In this document: in pieces, positions 53,420 through 63,770 of the stretch
How positions within the stretch are numbered: position 1 is the first letter of the stretch
How the letters are laid out: every line of letters starts with the position of its first letter
Origin: Hyphomicrobiales bacterium
GTDB taxonomy: Bacteria; Pseudomonadota; Alphaproteobacteria; Rhizobiales; UBA4765
Length of the DNA: 64,000 bases
NCBI GenBank assembly: GCA_019748135.1
Contig: JAIEPZ010000005.1
Location: forward strand, 23,413-87,412
Direction of reading: 5' to 3'
Translations under genes and position numbers: made by a program
The notes under the pieces: generated by a model
The model's input: the letters and a program-made list of their open reading frames with translations, nothing else
Told to the model about the DNA's origin: nothing
The model's database searches: none

Positions 53420-54523
53420 CTAGATGATATCGAGGGTGGCTGACATCGCCTGCCACAGGGGCTCGACGGGTTCGCACCCCACCGACAGCCTGACGAAACC
53501 GTCGGCGACCTTGTCGCCCCAGCGACTGCGGCGCTCGGCTGAGGTGTGCAGGCCACCAAAGCTGGTTGCCTGGCGGATGAGCGGGCAATGGCCCATGAAG
53601 CGTTCAGCCTCGCTTGCGTCGGCAAAGGTCACAGCGATGAGCGAGCCAAAGCGCGTCATCTGGCGGGCGGCAAGATTGTGGGCCGGGTGGCTCGGCAGAC
53701 CGGGATAGACAACGCGCTTCAACCGTGGATGGGCCGAAAGACGCGGCGCCAGTTTTTCGGCATTGTCACACATGCGGGTGAAGCGCAATTCCAATGTCTC
53801 AAGGCCGCGATGGACAAGAAATGCGTCGAAGGGCGAGGGAATGATACCCACCATCTTGCGCCAGTCGCGCATGCGGGCGGCGAGCGCGGCGTCCCGTGTT
53901 GCGACATGGCCAAACAATACATCGGAATGGCCGTTGAGCGCCTTGGTGTCGGATGCCAGAGTGATGTCAGCGCCAAGATCGAGCGGGCGCTGGCCAAGCG
54001 GCGTCATCGTCGTATTGTCGGCCACGAGCAGGGCGCCGGCTGCTTTGGCCTTGGCGGCAATCGCCGCGATATCGCAGATGTCGAGACCGGGATTGGAAGG
54101 TGTTTCGATGAAAATCATGCGATAACCGGCAAAGTCATGATCGCCCACCATGCCGGTCGCGGCCAGGTCAAATGTGATGCCAAGCGGCTTCAGATAGGTT
54201 TCGGCCAGACCGCGCGTCGCGCCGTAGCCATCGGCGTGCAGAAGTACCTTATCGCCCGGCTGCAGCAGGGGATAGAAAACAGAAGCGACGGCAGCGAGCC
54301 CGGCGGGAAAAATGATCGTCTCGGCGTCCTCAAGATGACCTAGTGCTTCTTCCAGCGCCGTCCATGTCGGGTTTGACCAGCGGCCATACTGATAGGGTCC
54401 TGAAGGGTCGCCCGCCTGATGATAGACAGAGGCTGGCACGATGACGGGCTGCAGTGTTTCACCCTGCGCCGGCTTGGAGCGGGCATGCAGCATGCGGGCG
54501 AAGCGGGTGTTGATGTCGCTCAT
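53420..54523 (-). CDS. PLP-dependent Cys/Met-metabolism enzyme (cystathionine gamma-synthase/beta-lyase family)
   Basis: PLP-lysine block ASDTKALNGHSD. 367 aa. ATGA overlap with the epmB stop. Confidence 0.85.
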   Translation of the reverse strand: MSDINTRFARMLHARSKPAQGETLQPVIVPASVYHQAGDPSGPYQYGRWSNPTWTALEEALGHLEDAETIIFPAGLAAVASVFYPLLQPGDKVLLHADGYGATRGLAETYLKPLGITFDLAATGMVGDHDFAGYRMIFIETPSNPGLDICDIAAIAAKAKAAGALLVADNTTMTPLGQRPLDLGADITLASDTKALNGHSDVLFGHVATRDAALAARMRDWRKMVGIIPSPFDAFLVHRGLETLELRFTRMCDNAEKLAPRLSAHPRLKRVVYPGLPSHPAHNLAARQMTRFGSLIAVTFADASEAERFMGHCPLIRQATSFGGLHTSAERRSRWGDKVADGFVRLSVGCEPVEPLWQAMSATLDII

Positions 54524-55587
54524 GTTGAGGTCCTTGAAGTGTTGCGGCGCGGCGGGTAGGCACGCTTTTTGCCGCCAAGCGTGGTGAGGAGAAATGAACC
54601 GCCGGCGGCTTTGATGTAACTTGGTCCGACGGGTATTTTGCCGGCCCCATCCGGAACATCAATGACGTAGCTCGGCATCGCCAGGCCCGACAGGCGCCGG
54701 CGAAGCTCGCTCATCAAGCGCTGCCCGCGGGCAATCGACAGGCGGAAATGGCCGGTGCCCGGCGCCAGATCAGGGTGATGCAGGTAATAGGGTTTGACGC
54801 CTGATTCAACGAAGGCACGCATCAGCGCCTCAAGCGTCTCGACATTGTCGTTGACGCCCTTGAGGAGCACGCTCTGGCTCACGAGCGTGATGCCGGCCTC
54901 GGCGAGACGGGCGAGCGAAGCGCGCACAGGGGCTGTCAATTCACTCGCGTGGTTGGCGTGAACGCCGACGCAGGTGGCGATACCGGGTGATTTCAGGGCG
55001 CGAACAACCGCAGGTGTAATGCGCTCGGGATCGGCGATCGGCATGCGGGTGTGCCAGCGCAGGACCTTGACGTGGGAAATTGCCGCCAGCGCCCTTGTGA
55101 TCTCTTGGATGCGGCGCGCTGACAGCATCAGCGGATCACCGCCGGTGAGGATCACCTCCCAGATGGCAGGATGCGCTGCGACGTAGGTGAGAATGGCGGC
55201 GAAGGCAGTGTCGCTCAGCGTTCCGTCGCCTTCCGGCCCCACCATCTCGCGGCGAAAACAAAAGCGGCAATAGACCGGGCAGACATGAATGAGCTTGATC
55301 AGTACGCGGTCTGGATAGCGATGGACGAGGCCAGGCAGAGGGGAAAATCTGTGGTCAGCAATCGGATCGGCGCGTTCCAGCACATCGCTTTTCAGTTCGG
55401 CCCTGTCGGGAATGAACTGGCGGGCCAGCGCCTGATTGTTGGCGATGGTGAGGAGGCTGGCAAGATGGCTGGTGATGGCTACCGGATAGCGCTGGCTCAC
55501 CTCTTCCAGTCCTGCCTGCTGGCGCTGCTCGACCAGGTTGTGCGTGATCAGATCGGTGACCGTTCGCAAGGTGCGTGGGCTCTTCAT
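54520..55587 (-). CDS. epmB: Lysine 2,3-aminomutase-like radical SAM enzyme (EF-P beta-lysylation protein EpmB)
   Basis: Radical SAM CPVYCRFCFRR. KamA-family length. ATGA overlap with the epmA stop (start at 55587). Confidence 0.85.
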   Translation of the reverse strand: MKSPRTLRTVTDLITHNLVEQRQQAGLEEVSQRYPVAITSHLASLLTIANNQALARQFIPDRAELKSDVLERADPIADHRFSPLPGLVHRYPDRVLIKLIHVCPVYCRFCFRREMVGPEGDGTLSDTAFAAILTYVAAHPAIWEVILTGGDPLMLSARRIQEITRALAAISHVKVLRWHTRMPIADPERITPAVVRALKSPGIATCVGVHANHASELTAPVRASLARLAEAGITLVSQSVLLKGVNDNVETLEALMRAFVESGVKPYYLHHPDLAPGTGHFRLSIARGQRLMSELRRRLSGLAMPSYVIDVPDGAGKIPVGPSYIKAAGGSFLLTTLGGKKRAYPPRRNTSRTST

Positions 55588-56645
55588 CGCTCTTCCCTGC
55601 CCGGATCGCTGAAGGGTGTCCACATCACCTCGTCAAGGCGGCTTGCACCCGTCATCAGCATCACCAATCGGTCAAAGCCCAGTGCGGCTCCGCAGGCGGC
55701 AGGCATATGCGCAAGGGAGTTCAGAAAATCCTCGTCCAGCGGATAAGAATGGCCATAGATGCGCTGTTTTTCGGCCATGTCGGCAACAAAACGTCGGCGC
55801 TGCTCGCCCGGGTCGGTCAGCTCGCCGAAGGCATTGGCGAGTTCAACGCCGCACATATAAAGCTCGAAGCGCTCGGCAAGGCGCGAATCGCGCGGCAGAG
55901 GGCGGGCAAGGGCTGCCTCGGGCAGGGGGTATTCGGTCAGACATGTTGGCCGGCCGATACCAAGTTTCGGCTCGATGCGGTCGACGAGGATGCGGCTGAA
56001 GAGGTCCGACCAGCTATCGTCATCCGCCACGCGCAGGCCGAGGCTGGCGGTGGCGGCCGCAAGCCTGTCGCGGTCGATGGCGCCATCCGGGCCGAGGGTT
56101 GCCAGAAGATCAATGCCGGCAAAGCGCGAGAAGGCGTCCGCCACTGTGAGGCGTTCTGGTTCGGCGCATGGGTCGCAGATGCGCTCGCGGTAATTGACGA
56201 GCCGGACCCCGGTACAGGCGGCGCATTCTCGCAACAGCGCCGCGCAATCAGCCATGATCGCCGAAATATCCTCCTCCACCCGGTACCATTCAAGCATGGT
56301 GAATTCGGGCTGGTGGAGGGCGCCGAGTTCGCGATTGCGCATGACATGGGCAAAGGAAAATATCCGTTGCTCGCCGGCTGCCAGGATTTTCTTGCAGGCA
56401 AATTCCGGCGAAGTATGGAGGTAGAGCGGTTGCGTGGTGCCGGTGATACTCGTCCACTGCGTTGCGAAGGCATGAAGGTGCGTTTCGTTTCCTGGCGAGG
56501 CCTGCAGGGCGCTGGTGTCAACCTCGATAAAATCCTGAGCGCTGAAATAGGCGCGCAACCGCGTCGCCATTGCCTGTCGGGCGAGGAGGCGCGGGCGGCG
56601 GTCGGCATGAATGTCGCGGCGCCACCATGGGCTGCCTGAAAGCAT
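55584..56645 (-). CDS. epmA: EF-P-(R)-beta-lysine ligase (class II LysRS paralogue EpmA/PoxA/GenX)
   Basis: Class II aaRS core blocks (FIEVDTSALQ, FELYMCGVELANAFGEL, GAALGFDRLVML). Divergent from efp. Confidence 0.85.
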   Translation of the reverse strand: MLSGSPWWRRDIHADRRPRLLARQAMATRLRAYFSAQDFIEVDTSALQASPGNETHLHAFATQWTSITGTTQPLYLHTSPEFACKKILAAGEQRIFSFAHVMRNRELGALHQPEFTMLEWYRVEEDISAIMADCAALLRECAACTGVRLVNYRERICDPCAEPERLTVADAFSRFAGIDLLATLGPDGAIDRDRLAAATASLGLRVADDDSWSDLFSRILVDRIEPKLGIGRPTCLTEYPLPEAALARPLPRDSRLAERFELYMCGVELANAFGELTDPGEQRRRFVADMAEKQRIYGHSYPLDEDFLNSLAHMPAACGAALGFDRLVMLMTGASRLDEVMWTPFSDPGREER

Positions 56646-56714
56646 GGGGGACTTCCCTTTGGGCCGCGAACCTGTCAGTAGAAACGCCACATTGCAAGGC
56701 TAAGGAATAAAGAC

Positions 56715-57284
56715 GTGGTCAAAGTCATCGCCAGTTCGGTCCGCAAGGGCAATATCCTCGATCTCGACGGCAGGCTCTGTGTCGTCATGTCGGCTGAAAG
56801 CTTTTTTCCCGGCAAAGGCACGCCTACGACGCAGATTGATATGCGCCGCATCAGTGATGGGGTAAAGGTCTCGGAGCGCTACAAGACGACCGAACAGGTC
56901 GAGCGTGCTTTTGTCGAGGATTTTGACTACAGCTATCTTTATCTGGACGGTGACAATTACGTCTTCATGAACCCTGAAAACTATGAACAATTGCCGGTAT
57001 CATCGGACGTGCTGGGCGATCAGGCGGTTTATCTCCAGGAAGGTATGGTGTGCAAGCTGTCGATCTTCGAGGGCAATGCGGTTGCCATCGAAATTCCCGC
57101 CCGGGTGACACTTGAAATTTCGGAAACGGAACCGACGATGAAGGGGCAGACGGCGTCGTCGAGCTACAAGCCGGCGATCATGTCGAATGGTGTGCGCGTC
57201 ATGGTTCCGCCGCATATTTCGGCAGGCACCCGCATCGTGGTGTCGACGGCCGACAACACCTATGTCGAACGGGCCAAGGATTGA
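56715..57284 (+). CDS. efp: Translation elongation factor P
   Basis: 189 aa. GTG start with AAGGAA Shine-Dalgarno. Modification loop FFPGKGTP with Lys at the tip. C-terminal YVERAKD. Confidence 0.95.
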   Translation: MVKVIASSVRKGNILDLDGRLCVVMSAESFFPGKGTPTTQIDMRRISDGVKVSERYKTTEQVERAFVEDFDYSYLYLDGDNYVFMNPENYEQLPVSSDVLGDQAVYLQEGMVCKLSIFEGNAVAIEIPARVTLEISETEPTMKGQTASSSYKPAIMSNGVRVMVPPHISAGTRIVVSTADNTYVERAKD

Positions 57285-57460
57285 ATAATCACTTTACATC
57301 GAGTTGCTATGTAACACCAAATAACGTGTACTGAAAAACCATTATATGTGCGACGTTTATATATAGAATCATTTTTTCTACTTACTTTATGTTAACGTGA
57401 TGTGATCAAGGTAGCGGGGTTCAATTCTCGCGCCACGTGCGCTGTTACCGGTGATCTCCT

Positions 57461-59146
57461 ATGCGCTTTTTTTCCCGTCTGTCGATTGGCCAACGTTTGA
57501 ATTCCATCTTCGTGGTGCTGGGAGCGGTGACGATCCTGCTGTCGGCGGTCGCGGGATGGAGCATCTACACGCTCGGCCAGTTGAGCTTGCGGGTTGAATC
57601 GGCCGAAAACGGGCGCTTTGCCCTCAAAGCCATTGATGGCCTCATCTACCGGACGGTGATGGAATCGCGCGGCATCTATATGTCGTCCAAGCCGGACGTG
57701 CTGGAGCGTTTTGCCAAGGGGCAGGATGCGGCACTGAAAGATATTGACGGCGTTATCGAACGCTGGCGCAAAACCGTCACGGATGATGTGCGCGAGGATT
57801 TCGAGCGCGTCGCCAAGGGCGTCAAGGTCTTCAATGATTTTCGCTACGAATTATCGCGTATCGGGCGGGAGAAGGGCAATGAGGCCGCGCGTGTCGTCGG
57901 CGATGCCGAGCCCACGCGCATCGCCCGCCAGGCGTTGAACAAGGAAATGGACGCGCTCGCCAAGCGTTACGACCAGCTGCGCGGCGATCTTGGAGAAGCG
58001 GTCGAAGCCGTCTATGCTCGCATGTTGTTTTTCATTGTCTTCGGTGTCGTCTCGACGCTGGCAACCATTGCGGTTGGCATGCTTATTGTTGCCCGCACCG
58101 TCGTGCGCCCGCTCGAGCGGCTGTCGGGGGTTATGGGGCGGGTGGTCGATGGCGAGACCGCTGTTGAGGTTGCCTACACTGATCGCGGCGATGAGGTCGG
58201 CCGCATGGCGCGCTCGCTGGATGTGTTCCGCAGCGCCATGGCCGAGCGCGCGGCCTTTGCCGACAAGGATAATCGCCAGCGCCAGGAGCGTGAAGCGCGC
58301 CAGGCGTCGATCGACGAGCAGATCTCTCGCTTTCGCGAGGCTGTGGGCGGCGATTTCAGCCAGATGTCCCTTGCCATCGACGGCATGGTGACCACGGCAG
58401 GACAACTCAACCAGGTGTCGCTGCGCGCCTCCAGCCATGCGAGTTCCATGGCTGGTTCGACACGTGATACGTCGTCGAATGTGTCGACGGTCGCCGCAGC
58501 GGCTGAGGAATTATCTGTATCGGTTCAGACCATTTCCGAGCGTGTCAAACATTCAAATTCGGTTGTATCGCGCGCGAGCGTGGTGGCAGGCGACACGACC
58601 GGCAAGATCGGTGAACTGGCGGCTGCCGCCGACAAGATCGGCAATGTCGTCAATCTCATTCAGGCGATTGCCGCGCAGACCAATCTTCTGGCGCTTAACG
58701 CCACGATTGAAGCAGCGCGGGCGGGCGAAGCGGGCAAAGGCTTTGCGGTTGTGGCCTCGGAAGTGAAGAGCCTTGCCTCGCAGACCGCCAAGGCGACGGA
58801 GGAAATCGCGGCGCAGATTGCGGGCATTCAATCGTCGACCAATGATGTGGTCAGCGCCATCGACAGCATTGTCGCGACCCTGAGCGAGATTGATCAGGTA
58901 TCGCGCGAAATCGGCGCCTCGGTTGAGGAGCAGGGCGCGGCGACGTCGGAAATTTCACGCAATGCGCAGAGTGCGGCTGCGGGCACGGTGTCGTTGGCAA
59001 GCGATGTTGATGAGGTCACGACGACTGTGGGCGAGACGGAAAGTGCCGCGCGCTCGGTGCGGGTTGCCTCGGAAGCCCTTGCCGGACAGGCGCAGCGGCT
59101 GAAATCGGCGATTGATGGCTTCCTCAATGGCGTTGCCGCTGCCTGA
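57461..59146 (+). CDS. Methyl-accepting chemotaxis protein (4-helix-bundle-type periplasmic sensor, HAMP, signalling domain)
   Basis: Two TM segments flank a ~170-aa helical sensor. Hairpin-tip motif [34 protein letters not shown]. Confidence 0.9.
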   Translation: MRFFSRLSIGQRLNSIFVVLGAVTILLSAVAGWSIYTLGQLSLRVESAENGRFALKAIDGLIYRTVMESRGIYMSSKPDVLERFAKGQDAALKDIDGVIERWRKTVTDDVREDFERVAKGVKVFNDFRYELSRIGREKGNEAARVVGDAEPTRIARQALNKEMDALAKRYDQLRGDLGEAVEAVYARMLFFIVFGVVSTLATIAVGMLIVARTVVRPLERLSGVMGRVVDGETAVEVAYTDRGDEVGRMARSLDVFRSAMAERAAFADKDNRQRQEREARQASIDEQISRFREAVGGDFSQMSLAIDGMVTTAGQLNQVSLRASSHASSMAGSTRDTSSNVSTVAAAAEELSVSVQTISERVKHSNSVVSRASVVAGDTTGKIGELAAAADKIGNVVNLIQAIAAQTNLLALNATIEAARAGEAGKGFAVVASEVKSLASQTAKATEEIAAQIAGIQSSTNDVVSAIDSIVATLSEIDQVSREIGASVEEQGAATSEISRNAQSAAAGTVSLASDVDEVTTTVGETESAARSVRVASEALAGQAQRLKSAIDGFLNGVAAA

Positions 59147-59333
59147 GGCAGTCCTGTTTCAGCCAATCGATGATAACGGCTTCAGCAAAACGGTCGTCAT
59201 GAGCGGGACAACTATGTCCTTCCACAGGAAGGCGCATGCGAAACGCATCTGAAAATAACGGCTCATTAAACTTAATGGATTAACGCTGAACACGTGAAGC
59301 ATGTGCAGAATGCGCGCGCGTGGGGAAGTACTG

Positions 59334-61019
59334 ATGTCCATCCTGTCTCGCCTGTCGATTGGGCAGCGCCTCAATTTCATCTTTATCCTGCTGGGCGTGG
59401 TGACCGTGGTATTGGCGATCGCCATCACCGGCTCGATCAACGCCGTGCTTTCTTACAAGGCGCTGGAGGATAGCGCGGAGAGGGGACGCTCTGCGCTGCA
59501 GAGGATTGACGGGCTCGTTTACAAGACCGTGATGGATTCGCGCGGCGTTTATATGTCGGCAGATCGTGCCAAGCTGACGAATTTCGCCAAGGCGCAGAAC
59601 GCCACGCTGAAGCAGCTCGAAGGGGTGATCGATCAATGGCGCGGAAGCGTCACGGACGGGTTGCGGCGTGATTTTGATCGTGTGGTTGCCGCTACCAAGG
59701 TGTTCATCGATTTTCGTATCGAGCTGGCGCGCGTCGGTGTGGAGCAGGGCAATGAGGCTGCGCGTGTCGTTGGCGACAATGACCAGAACCGCAGTGCACG
59801 CCAGGCGCTCAACAAGGAAATGGAAACGCTTGCCAAAAAGTACGATGTGCTGACGCAAGAAGCAGCCGAGATGTCCGAGATGACCTTTCGCTGGCTCAAT
59901 ATTCTTGGTGTCGGCGTCACCGTGATGTCGTTTCTGACTATTGTCTTTGGCATGTGGATGGTGCGCCGCAAGGTCGTCCGGCCGCTGCGCTACATCACCC
60001 AGACGATGAGCGATGTGGCCAAGGGTGAAGTTGATGTGACGATTGAACATGTCGGGCGCAAAGATGAAATCGGTGCCATCGCGCGAGCGCTCGAAGTGTT
60101 CAGGTCAACAATGGCCGAGCGCAGTCGCTTTGCTTCCCAGGAACAGCAGGTGCGGGCGGAGCGCGAGACGCGACAGAAAGCGATCGAGCAGGAAATCGAA
60201 CGCTTTCGCGATGCTTCAGGTGATGGGTTCGCGGCGATGGCCCGTGTCGTTGATACGATGGTTGAGACATCGAAAAATCTTGCCGTTTCGTCCGAGCGTG
60301 CCGCATCCCGGTCAAGCCATATGTCATCGTCGATGATTGAGACATCGTCCAATGTCGCAACTGTCGCCGCCGCAGCGGAAGAATTGTCGGTGTCGGTCAA
60401 TCAGATCAACGAGCGTGTCAGCCGATCACGTGAGGTGGTCGAGCGCGCCAGTGTTGCCGCTGCCACGACAGCCGACAAGATTGCGCAGCTGACCACCGCT
60501 GCGAGCAAGATCGGCGAAGTGGTGACGCTCATCCAGGCGATTGCCGCGCAGACCAACCTGCTGGCGCTCAACGCCACGATTGAGGCGGCACGAGCCGGCG
60601 AGGCGGGCAAGGGCTTCGCAGTCGTCGCCTCCGAGGTAAAAACGCTGGCCTCGCAAACGGCGAAAGCCACCGAAGACATCTCGGGTCATATCGGGCGTAT
60701 CCAGGATTCGACCGGCGAGGTGGTCACTGCCATCGAAGGCATCACGATGACGTTGGGTGAAATCCGCGAAGTATCGCAATCGATCAGCATATCGGTGGAA
60801 GAGCAGGGGGTGGCGACGGCAGAGATTTCGCGCAACGCCCAGGGCGCCGCCGAAGGCACATCCGCATTGACGGGCGACGTTGACGATGTTGCCGTCACCG
60901 TCCGCGAGGCTGAAGGCGCGGCGCGCTCGGTGCGCAGCGTGTCCGACGAATTGTCGCGCGAGGCGGGCACGTTGCGCAGCGCGGTTGAAGATTTCCTCAA
61001 GCGCGTTCGCGTTGCTTGA
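59334..61019 (+). CDS. Methyl-accepting chemotaxis protein (4HB-type sensor, paralogue of the upstream MCP)
   Basis: Same architecture. The N-terminal half is clearly homologous to the 57461 MCP ([10 protein letters not shown]..., [19 protein letters not shown]). Confidence 0.9.
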   Translation: MSILSRLSIGQRLNFIFILLGVVTVVLAIAITGSINAVLSYKALEDSAERGRSALQRIDGLVYKTVMDSRGVYMSADRAKLTNFAKAQNATLKQLEGVIDQWRGSVTDGLRRDFDRVVAATKVFIDFRIELARVGVEQGNEAARVVGDNDQNRSARQALNKEMETLAKKYDVLTQEAAEMSEMTFRWLNILGVGVTVMSFLTIVFGMWMVRRKVVRPLRYITQTMSDVAKGEVDVTIEHVGRKDEIGAIARALEVFRSTMAERSRFASQEQQVRAERETRQKAIEQEIERFRDASGDGFAAMARVVDTMVETSKNLAVSSERAASRSSHMSSSMIETSSNVATVAAAAEELSVSVNQINERVSRSREVVERASVAAATTADKIAQLTTAASKIGEVVTLIQAIAAQTNLLALNATIEAARAGEAGKGFAVVASEVKTLASQTAKATEDISGHIGRIQDSTGEVVTAIEGITMTLGEIREVSQSISISVEEQGVATAEISRNAQGAAEGTSALTGDVDDVAVTVREAEGAARSVRSVSDELSREAGTLRSAVEDFLKRVRVA

Positions 61020-61059
61020 AACGTTTTAGACCGCAGTCAACCAGCAGGAACGATAGAAA

Positions 61060-62796
61060 ATGGCAATGATTCATCCGCTCCGTCTTGTCGCGCAACTCGG
61101 CGAGAGGATGGGATTGGTTGCCCGCATCTCGCTGGTGGCGGTTGTCATCAGCGCCGTCGGGGCTGGTGTTCTGTGCTATTTTGCGATCAGCACGATTGCG
61201 GATTTTGCCGAGAACAGGGCAGCGTTGGGGCAGAAATTTCTGATGGGCGAGTTTCGTGCCCATCTTCTGCCGGATGGTGGCGAGTTCATCGTGCGCGATG
61301 GGAAGATGTATGCCGTGCGCGCGGGCGTCAATGGCGGTCCGCCTACCGAGCTCCTGTTGAATGATTACACCTACGGCGTGGACGCTATCCGGAAAAAGCA
61401 TGGTTCGGTTGCGACCGTGTTCCAGGGCAATGTGCGCATTGCCACCAATATTCTGGATGCACAGGGTCAGCGCGCCATCGGCACGAAGATTGATCCCGGC
61501 CTCATCTATGACACCGTCTATACGCGCAAGGACACGTTTGTTGGTTCCATGATGGTCGCGGGTAATCCGCTCCAGGCGAGGATCGAACCGTTGCTGGACA
61601 AATCAGGCAGTGTCATCGGGGCGCTCGCCGCCGCCTATCCGCGCGCCGACTATCTGATGCTGCGCGAGAAGGCGATTGAATTTCTGACGATGGTCGCAGC
61701 GATCATCACCGGCTTGTTGGCGTTGATTGTTTTCTTCGTGGTCCGCCGGCAGTTGCGCCCGTTGTCGCGCGTCGGACAGTCAATCGAGGCGCTGGCCAAT
61801 GGCGATCTTGAACAGTCGAGCAATCTTGGCGGGCGCAAGGACGAGATTGGCGCCATGGCGCGCTCTGTCGATGTTTTCCGCCAGGCGCTTGTTGAACGCG
61901 AGGCCCTCTCGGCGCGCGATGGCGAGGCGCAGACCCTGCGCGAAGCGCGCCAGCAGGGCATTGATCGCGAGATCGCCTCGTTCCGCAACACCGTCAATTC
62001 AGCTTTCGGCGAGATGACGCAAGCGATCAACGGCATGATGACAACGTCAGGTCGGCTCAACGATGTTGCCCATCGTGCGGCCGGCCATTCGAGCGCCATG
62101 ACCAACTCGACGCGTGATACCTCATCCAACGTCTCCACGGTGGCGGCGGCTGCAGAAGAGCTTTCAGTGTCGGTGCAGACCATCAGCGATCGCGTCCAGC
62201 ATTCGAACGCCGTGGTGGCGCGGGCGAGCGCCGTTGCCGGTGATACAACAACCAAGATCAGCGAACTTGCAGGTGCGGCCGACAAGATCGGTAATGTCGT
62301 CAATCTCATCCAGGCGATCGCCGCGCAGACCAATCTGCTGGCGCTTAACGCGACCATCGAGGCGGCGCGCGCCGGCGAAGCCGGCAAGGGTTTTGCGGTT
62401 GTGGCCACCGAGGTCAAGGGGCTGGCGGCGCAAACCGCCAAGGCGACTGAAGAAATCGCGGCGCAGATTTCCGGCATTCAATCCTCCACCAATGACGTTG
62501 TTGGCGCCATCGACAGTATCGTCGCCACGCTGGGAGAAATCGATCAGGTCTCGCGCGAGATTGGCGTTTCGGTCGAGGAACAGGGCGCCGCCACATCGGA
62601 AATTTCCCGCAACGCCCAGAGTGCCGCGTCGGGCACCGTGGCGCTTGCGAGCGATGTCAAGGATGTGACGGCAACGGTCAGCGAAACCGAAGACGCCGCG
62701 CGTTCGGTGCGGGTGGCAGCCGACGCGCTCGCTGGTCAGGCGACGTCTCTCAAATCATCGATTGACGGTTTCCTGGGACGGGTGGCGGCTGCCTGA
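61060..62796 (+). CDS. Methyl-accepting chemotaxis protein with a Cache-like periplasmic sensor
   Basis: The sensor region ([28 protein letters not shown]...) resembles single-Cache domains. The signalling domain is nearly identical in protein sequence to the 57461 MCP. Confidence 0.9.
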   Translation: MAMIHPLRLVAQLGERMGLVARISLVAVVISAVGAGVLCYFAISTIADFAENRAALGQKFLMGEFRAHLLPDGGEFIVRDGKMYAVRAGVNGGPPTELLLNDYTYGVDAIRKKHGSVATVFQGNVRIATNILDAQGQRAIGTKIDPGLIYDTVYTRKDTFVGSMMVAGNPLQARIEPLLDKSGSVIGALAAAYPRADYLMLREKAIEFLTMVAAIITGLLALIVFFVVRRQLRPLSRVGQSIEALANGDLEQSSNLGGRKDEIGAMARSVDVFRQALVEREALSARDGEAQTLREARQQGIDREIASFRNTVNSAFGEMTQAINGMMTTSGRLNDVAHRAAGHSSAMTNSTRDTSSNVSTVAAAAEELSVSVQTISDRVQHSNAVVARASAVAGDTTTKISELAGAADKIGNVVNLIQAIAAQTNLLALNATIEAARAGEAGKGFAVVATEVKGLAAQTAKATEEIAAQISGIQSSTNDVVGAIDSIVATLGEIDQVSREIGVSVEEQGAATSEISRNAQSAASGTVALASDVKDVTATVSETEDAARSVRVAADALAGQATSLKSSIDGFLGRVAAA

Positions 62797-62808
62797 GCTT
62801 GAGGGCTT

Positions 62809-62848
62809 AAGGGCAGTTGGCGTTCAGAGGGAAACGCAATTTGCCCTT
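62809..62848 (+). terminator. Candidate intrinsic terminator hairpin between convergent genes
   Basis: AAGGGCAGTTGGCGTT-loop-AACGCAATTTGCCCTT: 16 paired positions with 13 Watson-Crick pairs, one G-T wobble and two mismatches, followed by ATCTTGTTGTTG. Lies 13 nt after the MCP stop. Confidence 0.4.
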
Positions 62849-62907
62849 ATCTTGTTGTTGCCGCAGGCTGCTAGTGAAAAACCGGCTCCCGGCATTCGCA
62901 GCATCCT

Positions 62908-63765
62908 TTAATTCTCGCGCTTGATGGCACTTTCGTGCCAGCGATGGAGAAGGCGATGAGCGATGATGCTTGTCGCCAGGAAGATGGCGACGCCGGCGAG
63001 CGAGATGAGGGTCAGGGCAGCAAACATACGCGGGATCTTCAGCTGGTATTGCGCTTCCAGTATGCGGTAGGCGAGGCCGGAGGCAGTGCCGCCAGTGCCG
63101 GCGACAAACTCGGCAACCACGGCACCGATCAGCGCCAGACCACCTGATATCTTCAGCCCGGCCAAAAAATAGGGCAGGGCGGCTGGCAGGCGCAGATAGC
63201 GAAGGGTCTGCCAGCGCGTGGCGCCGTAGAGTTCGAACAGGTTGCGCAGATTATGGTCGGCTGAATTGAGGCCAAGGATCGTGTTCGACAGGATCGGAAA
63301 GAAGGCGACGATCCAGGCGCAGATGAGCAGCGACAGATTGGTATCGTTGACCCAGATGATGATGAGCGGCGCGATGGCGACGATGGGCGTCACCTGGAGA
63401 ATGACCGCATAGGGGAAGAGCGCCAGTTCCACCCATTTGAACTGCGTGAAGAGAATAGCAAGCGCGCCACCAACGACGACGGCTGCCGCAAGCGCGGAGA
63501 ACGTAATCGCCAGCGTGATGCGCAGCGATGCGGCGAGGGTTGGCCAGTCGCTGATGAGTGTCTCGATGATACGGCTTGGTGTCGGCAGGATGTAGGGCGG
63601 AATAGCCATGATCCGCACCGCCGCCTCCCAGCCGCCAAGAAAAATGATGCCAACCAGGAATGGCGCGGCAAGCTTCAGCCAGCGATCATTGGACCTCACT
63701 GAGGAGGCGGGCGGCAACGGGCCAAGGTCGCTTGTGGTGGTTTTCGCCGTTCGAGGAATGCTCAT
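62908..63765 (-). CDS. ABC permease, NitT/TauT family
   Basis: 285 aa, polytopic. SsuC/TauC-like EAA region (LRLPAALPYFLAGLKISGGLALIGAVVAE). Confidence 0.85.
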   Translation of the reverse strand: MSIPRTAKTTTSDLGPLPPASSVRSNDRWLKLAAPFLVGIIFLGGWEAAVRIMAIPPYILPTPSRIIETLISDWPTLAASLRITLAITFSALAAAVVVGGALAILFTQFKWVELALFPYAVILQVTPIVAIAPLIIIWVNDTNLSLLICAWIVAFFPILSNTILGLNSADHNLRNLFELYGATRWQTLRYLRLPAALPYFLAGLKISGGLALIGAVVAEFVAGTGGTASGLAYRILEAQYQLKIPRMFAALTLISLAGVAIFLATSIIAHRLLHRWHESAIKREN

Positions 63766-63770
63766 CTTGT

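Noticed and set aside
52248-53423. A long (391 aa) plus-strand ORF. Similar long ORFs occur at 55575-56639, 28411-29415, 12966-13958, 16331-17275, 39035-39865, 61650-62477 and elsewhere.
   Set aside because: Each lies antisense to a gene with strong family motifs. They have Arg/Ala/Pro/Gly-rich low-complexity composition typical of spurious antisense ORFs in GC-rich DNA, and no recognisable domains.
57405-57440. The string GCGGGGTTCAATTCTCGCGCCA resembles a tRNA T-arm/T-loop (GGTTCAATTC) plus a ...GCCA 3' end. This suggested a tRNA gene or a tRNA-derived att site upstream of the MCP array.
   Set aside because: The T-stem does not pair (CGGGG vs CTCGC). No acceptor, D or anticodon arms can be built from the AT-rich upstream sequence. 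No integrase or matching direct repeat is present. At best it is a degenerate fragment.
59147-59333. Possible terminators after the first MCP: CTGCCTGAGGCAG spanning the stop codon, and ATGCG-AAA-CGCAT at about 59236-59248.
   Set aside because: The stems are only 5 bp and lack a convincing downstream T-tract. This is not enough to call a terminator.
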